Of a stretch of 42,967 nt of DNA, positions 37,140 to 42,967 are shown piece after piece. Position numbers and translations under genes: made by a program. The stretch spans positions 14,680,030-14,722,996 of the forward strand of contig NC_057750.1 of NCBI RefSeq assembly GCF_004010195.1, read 5' to 3'. The notes under the pieces are model-generated. The model saw only the letters and a program-made list of their open reading frames with translations. It had not been told where the DNA came from and did no database searches. How positions within the stretch are numbered: position 1 is the stretch's first letter; each line of letters begins with the position of its first letter. This DNA comes from Chiloscyllium plagiosum (Eukaryota).

Positions 37140-38485
37140 CGCCCCTAATTAAGGGAAGGAGGCAGAAGATGGGAAATTATAAATCGGTTTGCCTGACCTC
37201 AGTCATTGGTAGGGTTTTACAGTATTATTAAGAATAAGATTGCAGAGTACTTGGAAGTGCATGGTAAAATAGGGATGAGTGAACGCAGATTTGTCAAGGG
37301 GAGGTCGTGCCGGACAAATCTCTTAATTGGATTTGGATTTCAAGAAGGCCTCTAACAAGGTGCCGCACAGGAGGCCACTAAATAAGATAAGAGCACACGC
37401 TGTTAGGGGCAAGGAACGAGCTTGGACAGACAGTTGTCAAACTGACAGAAGTGGAGATAAAGGGGTCTTTTTCGGAATGCTAGCTGGTGACTAGTGGAGG
37501 TCCAGATGAGTCAGTGTTGGGACCACAACTGTTCAGATTATACATTAACAAGCTGGACAAAGGAACTTGAGGACATTGTTCCTAAGTTTGCAGGTGACAC
37601 AAAAATAGGTGGAAGGACAAATAGTATTCAGAGTGCTTGGAGTCTGCAGATGGACTTGGACAGGATAGGAGAGTGGACAAAGAAGTGGCAGATGGAATAC
37701 AACGTGGGAACATGTGAGTAAACGTTATGCACTTTAGTTGGAAGAATAGAGGCGTATACTATTTTCTAAATGGGGAAAGGCTTTGGAAATCTGAAGCTCA
37801 AAGGGACTAGGAAGTCCTAGTTCAGGATTCTCTTAAAGTTAACAGTCAGACTCAGTTGGCAGTTAGGAAAGCAAATGCAATGTTGGCATTAATCTCAAGA
37901 GGACTAGAGTACAAGAGCAGGGATGTATTGTTGAGGCTTTCAGCAGACTACATTTGGAACATTGTGAGCAGTTTTGGCCCTGTATTTAGGGAAGGATGTG
38001 CTGGCATTGGAAGGGGTTACAGAGAAGGTTTACAAGAATGATCCCAGGCATGAAGGGCTTGTTTATATGAGGACTCTGTACTCAGTGGAGTTTAGAAGGA
38101 TGAGGGAGGAATCTGAAACTTACAGAATACTGAGGGGCCTGGATAGAGTGAACATGGAGAAGATGTTTCCACTCGTGGAGAGACTAGGATCCGAGGGCAG
38201 AGCCTCAGAATGAAAGGACGACTCTTTCGAACTGAAATGAGGAAGAATTTCTTTAGCCAGAGGGTGGCGAATCTGTGGAACTCATTGCTGCAAGAGGCTG
38301 TGGAGGCCAAGTCAATGAGTTTAAGTCATTTAAGACAGAAATAGATAGGTTCTTGATTGGGAAGGGAATTAGGGGTTGGGGGGGAGAAGGCAAGATCATA
38401 GGTACAGAAGCATCAGCCATGATCAAATGGCAGAGCAGATGCAATGGTGTGAATGGCCTAAGTCAGCTATATGTTATGATCTCAT
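37140..38485 (+). mobile_element. CR1 ORF2 3' half, decayed
   Basis: KFAGDTKIGG, KKWQMEYNVG, KANAMLALISRGLEYKS, followed by the CR1 3' UTR. Confidence 0.9.
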
Positions 38486-38544
38486 GATCAACAGCCAGCA
38501 AACAAATCAGCAACTAATTGGAAAGTGAGTGATTATATGTAAAT

Positions 38545-38740
38545 ACAAATCAGAAGCAGGAGTGAGCCATTCAGACCCTTGGGACTGCTGCACTATGCCA
38601 GAAGACCATGGCTGATCTCCAGCTCCAACTCCACCTTTCTGCCAGTCTTCCACATCTCTTGACTTAGTCAAGAATTTCAGCCCTAAACATGACCCAGCTT
38701 CCACCGTTCTCTGGGAACGAGCGTTTCACAGACTCAACCC
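38545..38740 (-). mobile_element. CR1 3' tail fragment
   Basis: GAAGCAGGAGTGAGCCATTCAG..CATGGCTGATC, similar to 8248-8310. Confidence 0.6.
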
Positions 38741-39341
38741 AATGTTTTCCACCCTCGACTGGCTCCCAGTTTAGGAAAGTTAGGTAAAGCTGATTGGCTG
38801 GGCTCCACCAAAGGCTGAAGATTTTGCTGATAAAATAGAACAGGCCTCTCTTTGGCCTCTCATCATCTAATGGGTGGCTGGCCACTTGTGTGGTTTCAGT
38901 GGCTTAATGAACAACATCCTCTGGGGTGAAGAGATATGCTGATTCACAGCTCCTCCACCTTCTGTTTCAATGGTTTTGTCCAAGCATTAAAAAAAATGCT
39001 CGGCTGAGCTGCAAATGATTAATCTACTTAACTCCATGTTTATACAACTGATAGTGGAATGCGAGCTTTGTTTGATTGACAAAACTAATTTTGCATTTTC
39101 AATGCCTGTCTGTTTATACAAGGTTAAAGATCTTAAGCAGATAGAATGTCTATTTTAAATTGACACAACAAGTGGCAGTGTTTGATTGATAGCATCACGA
39201 GGAGATAAGAGGCAACATATATTTCAATTACAATATTAAATGGGACCAGGGCTCTCCCCAATAGCTCAACTACTCTGAGTGGGACCAAAATTGACTCAAA
39301 TTGATCAAAATTACAGGAAGTCTGAATTGCTTTTGTAATAC

Positions 39342-39520
39342 TTTTTCATGGGACTTGCTAGACAAGTATTTATTGCCCATCCCTAACTACCCAGAGGACA
39401 GTTAAGAGTCAACCACATTTTCTGTAGATCTCGACTCACGTGTAGACTAGATTGACAAGGACGACAGTTTTCATTATGTAAGCGACGTTAGTGAAGTTGG
39501 GTTTTTACAACAATCAGCAG
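39342..39520 (-). mobile_element. SacSINE1-like DeuSINE fragment
   Basis: TTAAGAGTCAACCACATT..TTAGTGAA..GGGTTTTT, the reverse complement of 29835-29925. Confidence 0.65.
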
Positions 39521-40974
39521 AGGCTACATTGTTATAAATAACATATAAAGAAAGAGCAGGAGTGGGCCAGTCCGTCCTTCATGTCTACTTCACCATTCAT
39601 TATGATCATCCAATTCAATAGTCTGTTCCCACTTTTCCCCCTATCTTTTGATCCTTTTTGCTCCAAGTGCTACATTCAACTCCTTGTTGAAATTGTATAA
39701 TGTTTTGGCAACAATGAAACATGGCACATGCTAATGGCTTTCTTCCAAACCCTATAATCGTTGGAGTTTTAAATAAAACACTGCAATTAGGCCTGCGTTT
39801 TATTCCAGATTACACTGCACGTGGGCCCATACCTAAACCCTTACCCCACAGTAGAGAAAACTGACAAAAATGGGAATGAGGTGGAAGTTGGCATAAATCC
39901 ATTGTTTATAAAAGCTTTCCAACTTGGTGAAAATCTGGGCTTGGACATGGCATGTGTGACTGCCACGAGTGTTCCTGAGTGTTGACCCATGAACATCAAA
40001 TAAACATGCACGCAGTAAGTGCAGATCAAACTTTGTGGGTGCTTTTATTTGAAGGAATTAAAATTGTGATTTATTGCATATGGAATTCTGCCTATTGATT
40101 TATATTCAAGTAGAAAAGATTGACAATAACAACAATTTATCACCTACAGTCACACAAGCACATTACAAACACCATCTTCAAATATCACACCTTGTAGACA
40201 ATGATAATAACCGAAACTAATCTTTCAAAAGTTTTATTAATATATATCTTTGCAGTTTGACATTTGTGCAATGAAATTCTGCTACGAATACTGTACAGAA
40301 GCAGGGAGTTCAGAGCTCTGCTTATTATTCATTCTCTATATAATTCTACATTGTATTCCCTTCAAACTATACAATTACTTACATCCCCAACCCAATAGGT
40401 CATTTACATTGAGTTCCAGTTGGGTACTAAAACATGCATAGATTTATAATATACAGTCTGAGATTGCAAGTGATTCTCATGCATTTTGTAAATTATTACA
40501 ACATGATTTTCAAGCTACATGATGTTTGCAGCAAAAATAAAGCACTACAGGCCCTGGACTGGAATTATTTATAGCACTTCAACTTTATACAAGTTTGTTC
40601 CAATGGACATGAGCAAGCAGCCTGGTACTAGTGACATGTCAAGGCAGGATCAGGATCTTTGAAGCATAATTCCCAAGAGTTGGGTCACTATAGGCACTGG
40701 AGTGTGAATATTGGTGTGATAAAGCGGAAAAAGGAAAGGACCTCCCTACCTGACAGCCCCATCCTCTACCCTCACCAACAAAACATAGCTTCTCATTCGA
40801 GAATATAGTGGTGTAGGTAGCAACATCCAGTCAACTGCCCACTGCACAAAGGTATACACGCTCAAACCTGTTTAGTGCTCATTTCGCCAACGTTCATAGT
40901 TTTGATTGTTTTGTAGCTGTTCACTACTTTTTCTGAGCCCTGTGTTGCACATTGTCACATTTATTATGGTAAGA

Positions 40975-41235
40975 AAGATATAGGGATGGAATAGCATGAG
41001 ATACTATGCATTGGCATGAGATGGGACGGTAATTTATGGTATGGGATCAGATTGTAATGTATCGTATGCAATGGGATGAGATTGTAATGTATGGCATGGA
41101 ATGGGATAGTAATTTATGGTAAGGGATAGGATTGTAATGTATCATATGGAATGGAATGAGATTGTAATGTATAGCATGGAATGGGATGAGACTGTAATGT
41201 ATAGCATGGGTTGAGAGTGTAATCTAGCGTATGGA
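40975..41235. repeat. Pentamer-derived minisatellite (~30-bp unit ATGGGATGAGATTGTAATGTATAGCATGGA)
   Basis: GATTGTAATGTAT recurs at about 30-bp spacing; built from NNNAT pentamers. Confidence 0.85.
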
Positions 41236-41299
41236 TGCTACAATGTCGGATGGTCTGGTAAGGTATGTTACTGATACAATAGTTACTGATTACAATATT

Positions 41300-41740
41300 G
41301 CCTTTGTGGCCTCTCTTACAGCACCTTGCATAAAATTGAAGCTCATTAAAACTCTAGTTTGTATCCCAACTCATACTAAACCCCATTCACGTATCACTAT
41401 CACATGGACCTGCACTGGTTCCTGGCCCAACATGATTTTAGCATCCTCACCCTTGTTTCCCTCACCCTCTATTTCTCCCCGTTCCTCCAGCTGGAACATC
41501 TTCCAGCTTTACAAGCTTCCAGATCTCAGTGTTCCTTTAATTATGTCCCTTTTACTCATCATCCCATCATTGATGACCATGTCTTCAGTGACTTGGGATT
41601 TATCCTCTGGGATTTATACCTCCTGAAACAAGCTTTTGGTCGGCTGTCCTAATTTCACCTGTGGCTCAGTGTTATATTTTGAGAGTCAGCATTGCGCAGC
41701 ACTTTAGATGCTACATAAATGCATGTTGGAGTTGTTGTAT
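41300..41740 (+). mobile_element. L2 LINE 3' fragment, decayed
   Basis: Collinear with 34330-34780 (GACCTGCACTGG, ACAAGCTTTTGG); ends in CTACATAAATGCA..GTTGTTG. Confidence 0.6.
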
Positions 41741-42014
41741 GTTATTGGCTGCAGCAAATATGCTTCCAAATTGCTTGCAGTATGTGTCAGTCTGATACAA
41801 AGCACACAGAAGAACTGCACTTAACCGACGTGTTTATTCAAATTCAATTGATGGTTTTGCAAAATGCACCAGGATACAATTGTGGGACTTAAGAGAGGCC
41901 ATAGGCTCCATTCACCAATTGCATTTCATAACTGAGTATTGTCTTGCAATAACAACAGATCTACTCAATGGTTTCCAATAGCATCAGCAGCTATGAGTCC
42001 CAACAGGGTTTCAG

Positions 42015-42181
42015 GGAGGACAAAGTGAGGATTGCAGATGCTGGAGATCAGAGTTGAGAGTATGGTGCTGGAAAAGCACCGCAGGTTAGGCAGCATCTGA
42101 GGAGCAGGAGAATCGACGTTTCTGATGAAGGGCTTATGCCCAAAACATCAATGCTCCTGCTCCTCAGAGGCTGCCTGACCT
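42015..42181. mobile_element. Mini PLE element: inverted tail head-to-head with a sense hammerhead fragment
   Basis: Minus-strand GAAACGTC plus tail (42015-42122) abuts + CTGATGAAGGGCTTATGCCCAAAAC (GAAA mutated). 15-bp TSD CCAA(C/T)AGGGTTTCAG at 42000-42014 and 42182-42196. Confidence 0.85.
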
Positions 42182-42846
42182 CCAATAGGGTTTCAGTAAG
42201 TTATCCACTATGTGGTTTGACGTACAGTATCTGCAGGTTTGAACATTTTCACGTTTGAAAGCTGAGAGAACAAAAATATAGGTAACTGGAAAATTCCAAC
42301 AGAAACCGACTGGATGCCGGATGGGAAAAGACAGAAGACGCCATTGTTCTTCAAGGGAGCAAACGCACACCATCACCTTCCAAGATGGGCAGAGCCCAGC
42401 TGAGAGGTACAACACCGTTCCTTCACTGTTATTGGGTGAAAATCCTGGAACCACATCACTTAACCAAAATATGGGAGTACCATTAGCACCCAGGCTACAT
42501 GGCTGATGCTGTAAATCTGCTCTTTACCTTTCTAGTGGGTTTGTTTGGGCAAGTTACATTCTTTCTCCTAAGGGATGTAAACTGATTCTGTATCGCATCA
42601 AATTATCCCTTCATTGTCTACATTCAAGGAAGTATCATCCTACGTTTTATGCATCTTGACCTTGTAGTTTAACTCTTTCAACTCAGTTCCATTTTCCAAA
42701 ATCTTTGCTGCACTTTCTTCAGAGGTGCTGTCCAGTACTTAAGCTTGGATTGTACCAGAGGTTGGTGTAGCATGAAACCCTTTGCAGTACTGTTCTCTCA
42801 AGATAAAGGGCAACATTGGAAAGACTTGCAAATTATTTTTTTGTGG

Positions 42847-42967
42847 TAAAAACAATGACTGCAGATGCTGGAAACCAGATTCTGGATCAGTGGTGCTGGA
42901 AGAGCACAGCAATTCAGGCAGCATCCAACGAGCAGCAAAATCGACGTTTCGGGCAAAAGCCCTTCAT
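42847..42967 (-). ncRNA. PLE-derived element with hammerhead, cut by the window end
   Basis: Minus strand reads ATGAAGGGCTTTTGCCCGAAACGTCG followed by the family tail. Confidence 0.75.

Noticed and set aside
39851..40005. Possible + strand terminal exon (acceptor CCCCACAG, ~44 codons, AATAAA)
   Set aside because: The peptide is unrecognisable and there are no supporting upstream exons; could be chance.

Overview
Vertebrate genomic DNA, most likely from a cartilaginous fish (shark). This is inferred from HE1-type SINEs, SacSINE1-like DeuSINEs and shark-type CR1 tails. No intact protein-coding host gene is visible. The window is mostly retroelement debris: two near-full-length degenerate CR1 LINEs (about 2.9-6.9 kb on +, 19.5-23.9 kb on -), many CR1 and L2 fragments, a Tx1/L1-clade ORF2 remnant, two Penelope-like (GIY-YIG) remnants, several solo LTRs and about 8 Penelope-derived hammerhead-ribozyme (HHR) modules. 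Host features are a CpG-rich, probably bidirectional promoter (about 25.1-25.7 kb; YY1 site plus E-box) and a heavily disabled C2H2 zinc-finger pseudogene of about 12 fingers (29.07-30.48 kb). The most striking structure is at 15520-18179. There a small solo LTR has been hit three times at the same position, its TATA box, by poly(A)-tailed non-coding elements, with the target GACACTCCTGTTTAT recurring at every junction. This points to a sequence-specific retrotransposition system that targets, and may exploit, an LTR promoter.
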